From NCBI GenBank assembly GCA_035491815.1, contig DATJKA010000035.1, positions 84,718 through 148,717 of the forward strand: a stretch of 64,000 bases of DNA. The letters run 5' to 3'. Position 1 is the first letter of the stretch; every line of letters starts with the position of its first letter. Under the pieces are notes generated by a model that was given only the letters and a program-made list of their open reading frames with translations, did not search any database and was not told where the DNA came from. Shown in pieces: positions 27,409-36,955 of the stretch. This DNA comes from Gemmatimonadales bacterium. GTDB taxonomy: Bacteria; Gemmatimonadota; Gemmatimonadetes; Gemmatimonadales; GWC2-71-9. The translations under genes and the position numbers were made by a program.

Positions 27409-28905
27409 CTACGTAAAGAGATTTGGTCCTGTGCCAGGTCCGCCGGTCCCCAGCGGCCCCTTCCCAAACGGAGGCTTTTGCTCGGTGCGCGCGCGTACGT
27501 AGCCCAGCTCTTCGCTGCGCGCGATGCGCTTCTCGGCCACGAGGCCTTCGAGCACCAGCTCGCACGCGGCGACCATCGTCGCCGGATCTTTCTTGCCGGC
27601 CAGTCCCACCTGATCGATCAGGGCGAGCAGGCCCGGCACGACGGTAAAGCCTTTGAGCAGCGATTCGGAGCGCTCGTCGGGGGTGACTTTCAGCGCGCCC
27701 CCCTCATCGAACCAGTGCACGATGTCGTCCACGTTCGCCCCGCCCACCCGGCCCTCGAACGTGCGGCCCGCCGCGCGGCGGATCAGATCCTTCGCGATCG
27801 TCTCGGAGCCCTGCAGCTCGCCTTCGTACTCGAGCTCGAGCTTGCCGGTGATCGCCGGGAGCGCGGCATAAACGTCCGAGATGCGCGGCACCACGGTCTT
27901 CTCTTTCGTGACGATCGTGCGGCGCTCGGCGTTGGAGAGGACGTTATCCATGACGCTGATCGGCAGCCGCTGCGACACGCCGCTGCGGCGGTCTACACGC
28001 TTGTCTTCCCGCGCCTCGAACGCGATGCGCTCGATCAGCTCGGCCATGAAATCGGGAACGCGGATCGCGCGCCCACCGCCGTTCCGCTCCACCCACGCTT
28101 CCTGCTGGGTGATGGCGGATCCCAGCTCCACCGTCATCGGGTAATGCGTCGTAATCTCCGACCCGATGCGGTCCTTGAGCGGCGTGATGATCTTGCCGCG
28201 GGCCGTGTAGTCCTCGGGGTTCGCGGTGAAGACGAGCGCGACGTCCAGATTGAGCCGCACCGGATAGCCTTTGATCTGGACGTCGCCTTCCTGCATGATG
28301 TTGAACAAGCCCACCTGGATCTTGCCGGCGAGGTCCGGCAGCTCGTTGATGGCGAAGATGCCGCGGTTGGCGCGCGGCAGCAGCCCGAAGTGCATCGTCA
28401 GCTCGTCGGAGAGCAGATGCCCCCCGCGTGCCGCCTTGATCGGATCGACGTCGCCGATGATGTCCGCGATGGTCACGTCGGGCGTGGCGAGTTTTTCCAC
28501 GAACCGGAGCTCGCGCGGCAGCCAGGCGATCGGCGTCTTGTCGCCGCGCTCGCCGATCAGCTCGCGCCCGAACTTCGAGATCGGCTCGAAGGGATCGTCA
28601 TTTACTTCGCTGCCCGCGATGATCGGCACTTCGTCGTCGAGCAGGGTGACGAGCTGGCGCAGGATCCGGCTCTTCGCCTGGCCGCGCAGCCCCAGGAGAA
28701 TGAAGTTGTGGCGCGACAGGACCGCGTTGACGAGCTGCGGCAGCACCGTCTCTTCATATCCCACGATGCCCGGAAACAGCGGTGAGCCGTTCTCGAGCAG
28801 GCAGATCAGATTCTCCCGCATCTCGTCTTTGACGGTGCGCTGGCGGCGAGCGGGGCTCGCCCACTCCGTGCTCTTCAGCTCACCGAGAGTCGTCGCTTGG
28901 GTCAT
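27409..28905 (-). CDS. ChlI/BchI-like AAA+ ATPase (Mg-chelatase subunit I family)
   Basis: Walker A-like [12 protein letters not shown], Walker [12 protein letters not shown], and ..[24 protein letters not shown]. 498 aa. Confidence 0.85.
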   Translation of the reverse strand: MTQATTLGELKSTEWASPARRQRTVKDEMRENLICLLENGSPLFPGIVGYEETVLPQLVNAVLSRHNFILLGLRGQAKSRILRQLVTLLDDEVPIIAGSEVNDDPFEPISKFGRELIGERGDKTPIAWLPRELRFVEKLATPDVTIADIIGDVDPIKAARGGHLLSDELTMHFGLLPRANRGIFAINELPDLAGKIQVGLFNIMQEGDVQIKGYPVRLNLDVALVFTANPEDYTARGKIITPLKDRIGSEITTHYPMTVELGSAITQQEAWVERNGGGRAIRVPDFMAELIERIAFEAREDKRVDRRSGVSQRLPISVMDNVLSNAERRTIVTKEKTVVPRISDVYAALPAITGKLELEYEGELQGSETIAKDLIRRAAGRTFEGRVGGANVDDIVHWFDEGGALKVTPDERSESLLKGFTVVPGLLALIDQVGLAGKKDPATMVAACELVLEGLVAEKRIARSEELGYVRARTEQKPPFGKGPLGTGGPGTGPNLFT

Positions 28906-28923
28906 GGCTCGACGTTAAACCCT

Positions 28924-31641
28924 TCAGCCCGTGCTCTGCAACCCTTGCGCGATTCCCCGCACGCTCGCGAGCAGCGCGCGGAAGAGATCGTCGTCCGGGC
29001 GCTCCGCCGCGCGCCAGCGCGCGAGGAGGTCGATTTGTAACAGACTCATCGGATCCACATACGGATTGCGGAGCAGGATCGAGCGCTGCAGCGCCGGATC
29101 GGAGTCGAGCAGCGCATGCGCTTGCTTCAGCGCGAGCACCCGGGCGACCGTGCGGTCGAACTCGGCGCGGATGACGGGGAAGTACCGGTCGCCGAGGTCG
29201 CCGGCCAGCGCCGCGTAGCGCGCCGCGATCGCGAGATCCGCCGTGCCGAGCACCATTTCGACGTCGTCGAGGAGCGCGCGGAGAAACGACCACTCGCGCG
29301 CCATGGTGGCGAGCGTTGCCGTGCCGTAGCGCTCTGCCGCACGATCCAGCGCGGTGCCCAGGCCGTACCAGCCCGGCAGGAGGTGGCGGCTCTGCGTCCA
29401 GGAGAAGACCCAGGGGATCGCGCGCAGATCCTCGATCACCGCACCACCGTCGGTGGTACCGCTTGGACGCGACGAGGGACGACTGCCGATCTCCATGCGC
29501 TGGATGACGTCGATCGGCGTCGCGAGCCGGAAGTACTCGACGAAATGCGGATCGTCGTACACGAGCGCGCGATACGCGGCGCGGCTCTCCCGTGCGATCT
29601 CCTCCATCACGCCGGCCCACTCTTCCTCGCGCGGATCGTCGGCGCGCGGCAACGCGCTCGCGAGCACGACGGCACTCGTCATTTGCTCGAGCGTGCGCAT
29701 CGCGACGCCGCGCAGCCCGTACTTCGCGTTGATCGTCTCGCCCTGCTCGGTCAGACGAAAATGGCCGCGCACCGTCCCGCGCGGGGCGCTGAGAATCGCG
29801 CTCGTGATCTTCCCACCGCCGCGGCTGACCGTGCCGCCGCGCCCGTGAAAGAACGTCAGATCGATGTCCGTGCCGCGCGCCGTCTGAACGAGCGCCGCTT
29901 GCGCCTGGTAGAGCCCCCACCGCGCCGCGCCGATTCCCGCGTCTTTGTTGCTGTCGGAGTATCCGATCATGACCATCTGCCGCTTGCCGCGCTCGCCGAG
30001 GTGCGCGCGGTACCACGAATCGTCGAGCAGCGTGCGTAGAACGTCGGGAGCGCGCGCGAGATCGTCCACGGTTTCGAACAGCGGCGCGACGTCGACCGGG
30101 ACATGCTCGGTCGAATCGCCGCCCAATCCGCCCCAGCGCGCCAGGACGAGCACGGCGAGGACGTCGTCCACACCCTGCGCCATGCTGATGATGTACGGAC
30201 CCACCGCGTCCATGCCGAAACGCCGGCGGCACTCGCCGATCGCCGCGAAGACGGCGAGCGTCTTGGTGGCCGCGGCGTCCGGCGATGCAGTCGGCGGTTC
30301 GCGTGTCTCGAGCACCCGGCGCAAGCGCGTCGCACGCTCAGCCGGCGCCCGCGACGGCCAGGACGGGTCGGACAACAGCGTGGCGAGCACGCTGCGATGC
30401 ACCTTCGCATGCTGGCGAACGTCGATCGTCGCCAAATGAAAGCCGAACGTCTCGACGCGACGCAGCAAACGCTCGACGCCGAATAGCCCCGCGTGCGTGC
30501 CGCGGTGCTCGCGCAGACTCGCGATCACCGCGCCGAGATCGCGCTCCAGCTCGCCGGCGCTCGCATACCCATCGGCGCCATCACGCCGAGTCGCGTCGAT
30601 GCGTGCCGCGATCAACCGGAAGAGCAGGCGATACGGCATGTCGCCGTAGCGCGAAGGAATCGCGGTGAGCACGTTCGGAAATCGCGCGCTGTAGTCGGCG
30701 ACGCGGTCGCGCACAGCGGCGCTCACGCCCGTGCGCGCCCCGGACTGCGACAGTCGGCGGGACAGCGCGATCGCCTCCCCGGCGTAGCGCCCCAGGACGA
30801 GCTCGCGTTGCCGTCCCAGCGCCGCGCGCAGCGTCTCGGCACCGACGTTGGGATTGCCGTCCATGTCTCCACCGACCCACGAGCCGAAGCGGAGCACCGG
30901 CCGGGTCGGCACCTCGACGTCGTACGCCTGGTGCACCGCGTGCTCCAGCTCCTCGGAGAACGGCGGCACGATCCGATAGACGACGTCCGTGAGATAGAAC
31001 AGCACGTTCTCCAGCTCATCCATGACCGTCGGGCGCGCCGAGGGCTGCGGATCCGTCTGCCAGGCGCCGGTGACCTCTTCGCGAATGCGGGCGAGTGCGG
31101 CGCGCTCCTCGTCGGGCGTGCGCGAGGGATCGAGCCGCTCTACCAGGAGGCGGCCGATCACTTGCTCCTTTTCGAGGAGCGTGCGCCGGGTGGCCTCCGT
31201 TGGGTGCGCCGTGAAGACCGGCTCGATCCGTAGGTGCTGCAGGAAGGTCGCGATCTCGCGCGCTGAAACGCCGGCCGCGACCAGCCGGGGCAGCGTGGCG
31301 GCGAGACTCCCTTCCTGTGCGTCGCCCGTCGTTCGCAAATGCTCCCGGCGCCGCCGGATGCGATGCACGCGCTCGGCGAGGTTCACGACTTCGAAGTACG
31401 CGGAGAATGCGCGCACGAGCGTCTCGGCGTCGCGCGCCGGCATGTTGTGGACGAGCGACTGCAGCTCGGCGGTTGCACCGGCGATGGCGGCGACGCGAGC
31501 GCGTTCGACGAGTCGGAAGAACGGGTCGCCGCACTGCTCGCGCAGCACGTCACCCACGAGCGCGCCGAGCGTACGGACGTCGTCGCGGAGTGGGGTGTCT
31601 TTGGCGGCGAACTCGATTTCGCGCCGGGCTTTGGTGCTCAG
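28924..31641 (-). CDS. ppc: Phosphoenolpyruvate carboxylase
   Basis: VFTAHPTEATRR, MIGYSDSNKDAG, FHGRGGTVSRGGG, and a C-terminal ..GLQSTG. The start is uncertain (see findings). The 31980 start of the track ORF is rejected. Confidence 0.9.
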   Translation of the reverse strand: MSTKARREIEFAAKDTPLRDDVRTLGALVGDVLREQCGDPFFRLVERARVAAIAGATAELQSLVHNMPARDAETLVRAFSAYFEVVNLAERVHRIRRRREHLRTTGDAQEGSLAATLPRLVAAGVSAREIATFLQHLRIEPVFTAHPTEATRRTLLEKEQVIGRLLVERLDPSRTPDEERAALARIREEVTGAWQTDPQPSARPTVMDELENVLFYLTDVVYRIVPPFSEELEHAVHQAYDVEVPTRPVLRFGSWVGGDMDGNPNVGAETLRAALGRQRELVLGRYAGEAIALSRRLSQSGARTGVSAAVRDRVADYSARFPNVLTAIPSRYGDMPYRLLFRLIAARIDATRRDGADGYASAGELERDLGAVIASLREHRGTHAGLFGVERLLRRVETFGFHLATIDVRQHAKVHRSVLATLLSDPSWPSRAPAERATRLRRVLETREPPTASPDAAATKTLAVFAAIGECRRRFGMDAVGPYIISMAQGVDDVLAVLVLARWGGLGGDSTEHVPVDVAPLFETVDDLARAPDVLRTLLDDSWYRAHLGERGKRQMVMIGYSDSNKDAGIGAARWGLYQAQAALVQTARGTDIDLTFFHGRGGTVSRGGGKITSAILSAPRGTVRGHFRLTEQGETINAKYGLRGVAMRTLEQMTSAVVLASALPRADDPREEEWAGVMEEIARESRAAYRALVYDDPHFVEYFRLATPIDVIQRMEIGSRPSSRPSGTTDGGAVIEDLRAIPWVFSWTQSRHLLPGWYGLGTALDRAAERYGTATLATMAREWSFLRALLDDVEMVLGTADLAIAARYAALAGDLGDRYFPVIRAEFDRTVARVLALKQAHALLDSDPALQRSILLRNPYVDPMSLLQIDLLARWRAAERPDDDLFRALLASVRGIAQGLQSTG

Positions 31642-34550
31642 GTGCCCTCGGGGGCGGAGAGGCGTGCTGCCGCGACACCCCAGGCGGGAAGATCGACCGA
31701 CGCGCGGCCGTCGCCTCCGACCGTAATGACGTCGCCGTTTTGTTCCACGAGGTTCGTGCGGCGCGCGCGCTTGAACGTATAGGCGGCAGGCCACAGGCCG
31801 ACCGCACGCGCCTGGCCGCCGACGTCGAGCAGCTTGACGATGGCACCGTCGCCGTCGTCGGCAGCCTTCGCACCGACGACCAGCACGTTCTTGTCCGCGA
31901 AAAACAACGCGCGATCCTTGGTGATCAACGGTCCCGGCCGATCGTTGGTGAAGGCGGGGCTGACGTACAGGGGATCGCATGCCGCCCAGCCGCGTCTGAC
32001 CGGTTCGGCGGCGTCACCGGGCGCGAGCAGGGAAACACGGAAGCGGAACGTGACCGGACCGCCTTGCGATGCCGCGTAGTTCGTATGCCAGTAGTTGTTC
32101 ATCGCATAGGCGAAGAGAGTGCCGTCCGGAACGATCGAGCGACGCCACGCGCCGCGGAACAGGTCGTTGAGCGTGAACAGCGGCGTATCCGGAGCACTCC
32201 ACAGCACGCCGTCCGCCGCTTCGTGCAGCCAGACCCAATGCGTCTGGCAGAACCAGTCGCGGCAGCTGCCGGGCTGTTGATCGGTCTCGACCGTCATGCG
32301 GCCGAGCGGGACTTCGACTTCGACGGTGGGCTTGGTGAATGCGAAGGGGAACGCCACGTAGAGCGCTTCCTTGGAGAGCGTGGCCCTCTTCACGATGCGA
32401 TTCTCGATATCCACCCACGGGAGCTCGTCATACAGCGTCACGGTCGAGACGATCGTGGGAAACCCGTCGAGCGTGCGCTCGGCGACCAGACGGACGCCGA
32501 TGCCGGGCAGTCGCTCGCGCCGGCACGTCCCGAACTTCGCCTGAGTGACCTGAAGCTGCGGCGGATTCTTCAGGTCGTCGCGATCCCCTGTCGTCCATAA
32601 GGCGCTGCGCTCGCCACCGGTGACGTACACGAGCTGGTTGAGCCCAGACCAGTCGGCGGCTTTCACGCGCTCCTTACCGTCGGGACCGGTGAGCGAGCGG
32701 ATCGCGCCTGTTGCGGAGTCGAGCTTCACGGTGAAGCCGCCGGCGGAGGCGTCGGTCGCGTCGCCGTCGGCGGTCACGGGACGTGCGGCGCGATCCGACT
32801 CTTGCAGGAGCATGTAGCCGAGCGGCGGGACTTCCCGGAACAAGACGAGGGCGTCCCCGTCGTCCAAATCCACCGCCGCGAGCTCACGACCGTCGAAACT
32901 CAGCGACTTGCCGGCGCCGCCCGGCACACGCGCGACGTCGGACCGCTCCCACGAGCCGGCATTGAACACCACTCGCCCCCGACCACCGCGCGCGCCACGG
33001 CCGAGCCGCAGCAGTGCCTCGCTCAATGCATCACGCGCCGCCGCGCCACCCGCGTCGATGAACCGTTTCTTGTACTCCCACTGTGCGACCGTCTGTCGGG
33101 AGCTGGGCGCGGAGATACTCTCGGCGGCACCCCACGTGTGCTCTCCGAACAAGAGCAGGTCGCGCCAGAAATCGGCGCGCGTCGCGGACGTATCGTCGGT
33201 CACCTGGAGCCGGTCGTTCCAGAGGTTCAGGATCTCGGCAGCCCGCGCGATCAGCTGCGCCGAACGAAACGCGGCGAGCTCGGCGGCCGTCGACGCTGCG
33301 CCGTCCTCCCAGTACAGGCCCGTATCGCCACGGCGGACCGGGATTCGCGAGGCATAGCGACGCTCGATGTCGCGGAAGAAGTCCTCGGCGCGGCCCGTCA
33401 CGATCCGCGGCCACGTGAAGCGGCGCGCGAATTCCTGGACGTTCGCGACAATCGCTTCCTTCATTAGGGCGTTGTCCTGCCAGTCCGCCCCGTACAGCAA
33501 CGCCGAGTCATACGGCCAGTTTTGTGCGAGAAAGACCGGTTGATTGAGCAGCCAATCGGAGAGGCGCTGCCCCATCTCCTCGGGTCCCACGTCGAAGCCG
33601 AACCGCGTGCCGTCGCCGTAATGGTGGGCGCGCCAGTGGAGCACGCGGCTACCGTCGGGCGCCTCCCAGTAATACAGCTGCGGGTACGGCGTCCCCGCGC
33701 CGGCGGTGGCCGGAAGCAGCGGCACCGCCCGTTCCGGATTGGGGCCGCTCGCGAGGTATTTCACGCCGCTCGCCGCGAGCATCATCGGGAACGTGAGGGT
33801 CTGGCCCGGTACGTCGGTGATTTGCGCCGACAGAAATGCGAGGCCGCGCTCGCGCGCCAGCCGGGCCGCGGGCCAGCACAGCCGCGCGAAGGTCTCGTGA
33901 TCGAGCAAGCCGGTCAGCATGTTCGCGAACAGCGCCTGCCACCCGATGCGGCCTTCGCGGATGGCTTGTACGAGCGCGTCGGCCGTCTCGGGAGCGCGGT
34001 TCTCGACGTACGACAGGACTTGCAGCGCGCACTCGGCGGTGAAGTGGAAGTCGCGATGGGTCGTCAGCCAGGCAAGCGCTTCATCCAAATTCTTGCGGTG
34101 CACCTCGAGGGCGCGTTCCTGCAGGTCGGTGTATCCGACGTCCGTGTGGATGGAAGACAACAGGTACAGCGTCCAGCGCTTCGCGGGCGTCAGTCGCAGG
34201 CGCCGACGCGCCACGCGATTGCGCCCGACTTCAATGTCGAACTGAAAATCCGACGGCTCGGAGAGCGGGACCCACACTTCGCCCGTGAGCGCCGGTCCCT
34301 CGCTCGCCGGCAGCAGACCGGCCGTGCCGACGAGTGCGCCGTGGCGATCGGTGACACTCGCGCGCGCGGCGGGTGCCGCCAGCCCGCTCACGGTGATGCG
34401 CACGAGATTCTTGCGACCTTCCGGTTGTTGAAACAGCGCCGTGGGGCGCACGTCGACAACCGGCTGCTGCGCCGAGCCAACGATCGAGTCGCGCGCGAGC
34501 GGCAATGTCGCGAGCCACTGCATGAAGCGACGACGGCTGAAAGCGAGCAT
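31638..34550 (-). CDS. Tat-exported GH38-like (alpha-mannosidase family) glycoside hydrolase
   Basis: Twin-arginine signal MLAFSRRRFMQWLATL. LLSSIHTDVGYTD resembles the GH38 HTHDDVGW metal-binding motif. About 970 aa with an NNYWHTNY region. The family assignment is by motif resemblance only. Confidence 0.6.
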   Translation of the reverse strand: MLAFSRRRFMQWLATLPLARDSIVGSAQQPVVDVRPTALFQQPEGRKNLVRITVSGLAAPAARASVTDRHGALVGTAGLLPASEGPALTGEVWVPLSEPSDFQFDIEVGRNRVARRRLRLTPAKRWTLYLLSSIHTDVGYTDLQERALEVHRKNLDEALAWLTTHRDFHFTAECALQVLSYVENRAPETADALVQAIREGRIGWQALFANMLTGLLDHETFARLCWPAARLARERGLAFLSAQITDVPGQTLTFPMMLAASGVKYLASGPNPERAVPLLPATAGAGTPYPQLYYWEAPDGSRVLHWRAHHYGDGTRFGFDVGPEEMGQRLSDWLLNQPVFLAQNWPYDSALLYGADWQDNALMKEAIVANVQEFARRFTWPRIVTGRAEDFFRDIERRYASRIPVRRGDTGLYWEDGAASTAAELAAFRSAQLIARAAEILNLWNDRLQVTDDTSATRADFWRDLLLFGEHTWGAAESISAPSSRQTVAQWEYKKRFIDAGGAAARDALSEALLRLGRGARGGRGRVVFNAGSWERSDVARVPGGAGKSLSFDGRELAAVDLDDGDALVLFREVPPLGYMLLQESDRAARPVTADGDATDASAGGFTVKLDSATGAIRSLTGPDGKERVKAADWSGLNQLVYVTGGERSALWTTGDRDDLKNPPQLQVTQAKFGTCRRERLPGIGVRLVAERTLDGFPTIVSTVTLYDELPWVDIENRIVKRATLSKEALYVAFPFAFTKPTVEVEVPLGRMTVETDQQPGSCRDWFCQTHWVWLHEAADGVLWSAPDTPLFTLNDLFRGAWRRSIVPDGTLFAYAMNNYWHTNYAASQGGPVTFRFRVSLLAPGDAAEPVRRGWAACDPLYVSPAFTNDRPGPLITKDRALFFADKNVLVVGAKAADDGDGAIVKLLDVGGQARAVGLWPAAYTFKRARRTNLVEQNGDVITVGGDGRASVDLPAWGVAAARLSAPEGT

Positions 34551-34638
34551 GGTTGCTATAAGTTACCGCTGCTTGACTGTGCTGGTCCCCTATGTACGTT
34601 TCGCCGTCTTCCCGACCCCTACCTCAACAGGAGCTCGC

Positions 34639-34872
34639 ATGAAGCGCATTGCATTGGCCGTGGCGCTCGTTGTCATGGCCGCAGGGGCGTGTAAGAAGGC
34701 GCAGAACAACGCGGCCGACAGCACACGCGCCGACACCACGCACATGATGGCCGATTCGATGAAGATGGCGGCGCCGGACACCGCTAAGATGCGTGCCGAC
34801 TCGGTCCGCCGTGCCGACTCGATGAAAGCGGCTACGAAGGCACCAGCTCGTCGTCCGACGCGGCGCCCCTGA
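34639..34872 (+). CDS. Small lipoprotein (77 aa), Met/Asp/Ser-rich repeats
   Basis: AGGAG lies 6 nt upstream of ATG 34639. Lipobox VVMAAGAC. Repeated ADSMKM/ADSVRRADSMKA. Followed by a terminator. Confidence 0.6.
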   Translation: MKRIALAVALVVMAAGACKKAQNNAADSTRADTTHMMADSMKMAAPDTAKMRADSVRRADSMKAATKAPARRPTRRP

Positions 34873-34892
34873 GCGACGCGCAGTAGCGGGAA

Positions 34893-35906
34893 TCAAGCCC
34901 GGGTGACGCCCGGGCTTTTGTTTTGGACCGACCGCCGGATCGCGGATGCGGTATCGAACGGCGGCGTCCACCCCAGCTCGCGCGTGATGCGGCCGATCGA
35001 AAACGGATTCTCGCCGAGGATGAACGCTACCGCCGAATTGCCGAGACCGGCGTAGCGGCCCGGACGAGCGAGGCGCAGGACCATGCTCCACAGCGCGATG
35101 CCGCCACGCACGAGCCAGAGCGGCACCGGGACGAACCGCGGCTGCACCCCGCTCGCGCGCGCGAACGCTTCGAAGAATTCCCGCTGCCCAAGGTGCGGCT
35201 CGGCGTCGCACGTGACGTTGTACGCGCGAAATCCCGGCTGCGCCGGCGCGTCGAGCACGGCGACGATCGCGGCGGCGACGTTGCCCGCATACACGCATGA
35301 CAGATGATTGCGGCCGTGGCCGATCTGCGGCATTACGCCGCGCCGCAGCGTGCGCACCACGCGCTCCGTGAACAGCCGATCGCGCTCGCCGTAGATCACG
35401 TTCGGGCGAATCGCCGTCGCGGCCAGGGTCCCGTCGCGGGCCGCCTCCTGCACCAGGAGATCGGCGGCGCGCTTCGAGCGCGCGTAGAAGTCGCCCCCGG
35501 GAAGCGGCTGAAACGGATAGTCCTCCGTCACGCCGCGTCCGGCGTCGTAAACGGCGGTGCGGCCGTACACGGCCACGCTCGAGATGTGCACGAGCGGCAC
35601 GCCGGCGCGCCGCGCCGCTTCGATGGCGAGCCGCGTGCCGCCCACGTTCACGCGCGTGTATTCGTCGAGCGAGGCGCGTGTGACGACGAGTGCGGCGCCG
35701 TGCACGATCGCCCGCACACCCACGGCGGCGCGCTGCCAGGAAATCACATCGGTGACGTCGCCAATGATCGGCTCGGCGCCGAACGATTCCACGAGCGCAC
35801 GCGAGTGCTCCCGCACGAGCGCGCGGGGCCGCTCGCCGCGGGCGCGCAACGCCTCGAGCAGATGCGTGCCGACGAGACCGGCCGCACCAGTGACGAGGAT
35901 CGTCAC
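34893..35906 (-). CDS. NAD-dependent epimerase/dehydratase (SDR family)
   Basis: GTG 35906 start gives VTILVTGAAGLVGTHLLEAL (GxxGxxG) and ..YARSKRAAD (YxxxK). GTGA overlap with ygfZ. Confidence 0.88.
   Translation of the reverse strand: MTILVTGAAGLVGTHLLEALRARGERPRALVREHSRALVESFGAEPIIGDVTDVISWQRAAVGVRAIVHGAALVVTRASLDEYTRVNVGGTRLAIEAARRAGVPLVHISSVAVYGRTAVYDAGRGVTEDYPFQPLPGGDFYARSKRAADLLVQEAARDGTLAATAIRPNVIYGERDRLFTERVVRTLRRGVMPQIGHGRNHLSCVYAGNVAAAIVAVLDAPAQPGFRAYNVTCDAEPHLGQREFFEAFARASGVQPRFVPVPLWLVRGGIALWSMVLRLARPGRYAGLGNSAVAFILGENPFSIGRITRELGWTPPFDTASAIRRSVQNKSPGVTRA
34896..34924 (+). terminator. Rho-independent terminator
   Basis: AGCCCGGG (34896-34903), loop TGACG, CCCGGGCT (34909-34916), then TTTTGTTTT. 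It starts 24 nt after the stop of the small lipoprotein gene and lies inside the last codons of the convergent epimerase gene. Confidence 0.6.
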
Positions 35907-36955
35907 GCGGGCCGCGCGGTCGGCAGGTCGAAAGGAAGATCGACGACGCGGGCCTCGCGACCCGCCGCGCGAACGCTCGCACCGACCGGCACCTCGCGGC
36001 GGATCACCGCCAACCCGAGCCAGCGACCGAGCACCGAGCCGCCGCCATCGGGCAGCCAGGCGACGCTGGTCACGCGCCCGACGTCGCGCTCCTCGTGTGT
36101 GACGGCGCTCCAGCCGCTCGCGGGCGCGGCGGGGGGGGCGGGCGCGGCGGGGGGGGCGGGCGGGGCGGGCGGGTCGGTCTCGAAGAGCAGCCCGCGCAGG
36201 TGGCGATTGGCGTGGCCGCGGAAATGCAGGCGGCTCACCGTCTCCTGGCCCGTATAGCACCCCTTCGTGTACGACACGCCGCCGATTTCGTCGAACCGGA
36301 CCTCCTGCGGAATCGTCTTCTCGTCGACCTCGGTGGAGAGCCGGGGCCAGCCCGCCAGAATGCGCGTGAGCTCGAGGGCCGCGTCGTCGGCGGCATGCGC
36401 GCCAGCGGCGATCAGTCGCTGCTCGATCGTTTTCACATGCGCGACGGCGGTCGTGATCTGGAAGGCGAACGGTCCGATTTCGCTCGCCCGCGCGACCTCG
36501 ACGGGAGGTCCGGCGGCGGCGCTTTCCACCACGCGCAGCGGAACCGACGGCATGGGGATTCCCGCGGCGGTCATCAACGCGGCGGCGTGCGCTCCTGCGA
36601 TGCGCAGCACTCCGGTCTCCGCGGTGCGATCGGCGAACCGCGCCAGCCGCGGCGGGATCGAGCGCTGGAGAATCCCGAGCGCCGGCTCGCGACCCTCCGT
36701 GGATACCGTAAAGCGGACGCGCTGGCCGAGGCGGGCGGCCCAGCCATCCACGACGATCATGCCTTTGGGGGTGAGCATCGCGCCATAGACGAAGGCCCCG
36801 TCGCCGGGTTTCTCGATGTCGTTGGTCAGCAGGCCCTGGAAGCTGGCGACCGCACCGGGACCGGTGAGATCGATCGTCGCGAGGTTCGATGCCGCTACAA
36901 CGATCGCCCCGGCCCGCAGCCGGTCCACGACTTCGGTCGAGACGGTGTCGGTCAT
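35903..36955 (-). CDS. ygfZ: YgfZ/GcvT-like folate-binding protein
   Basis: VSYTKGCYTGQETVSRLHFRG is the YgfZ KGCYxGQE signature. N-terminal GcvT-like fold. Contains a PA-rich insert encoded by a tandem repeat. Confidence 0.85.
   Translation of the reverse strand: MTDTVSTEVVDRLRAGAIVVAASNLATIDLTGPGAVASFQGLLTNDIEKPGDGAFVYGAMLTPKGMIVVDGWAARLGQRVRFTVSTEGREPALGILQRSIPPRLARFADRTAETGVLRIAGAHAAALMTAAGIPMPSVPLRVVESAAAGPPVEVARASEIGPFAFQITTAVAHVKTIEQRLIAAGAHAADDAALELTRILAGWPRLSTEVDEKTIPQEVRFDEIGGVSYTKGCYTGQETVSRLHFRGHANRHLRGLLFETDPPAPPAPPAAPAPPAAPASGWSAVTHEERDVGRVTSVAWLPDGGGSVLGRWLGLAVIRREVPVGASVRAAGREARVVDLPFDLPTARPA
36120..36172. repeat. 18-nt tandem repeat (2.9 copies) with two G8 runs, inside ygfZ
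   Basis: cgggcgcggcgggggggg occurs at 36120-36137 and identically at 36138-36155, with a degenerate third copy to 36172. It encodes PPAPPAPPAAPAPPAAPA. Confidence 0.85.

Noticed and set aside
28880-32600. ORFs 28880-30232 (minus), 31317-32600 (plus), and the 31642-31980 extension of the ppc ORF.
   Set aside because: They overlap ppc or the GH38-like gene in other frames. The ppc extension would overlap the upstream gene by about 340 nt and encodes an Arg-rich sequence unlike any PEPC N-terminus.
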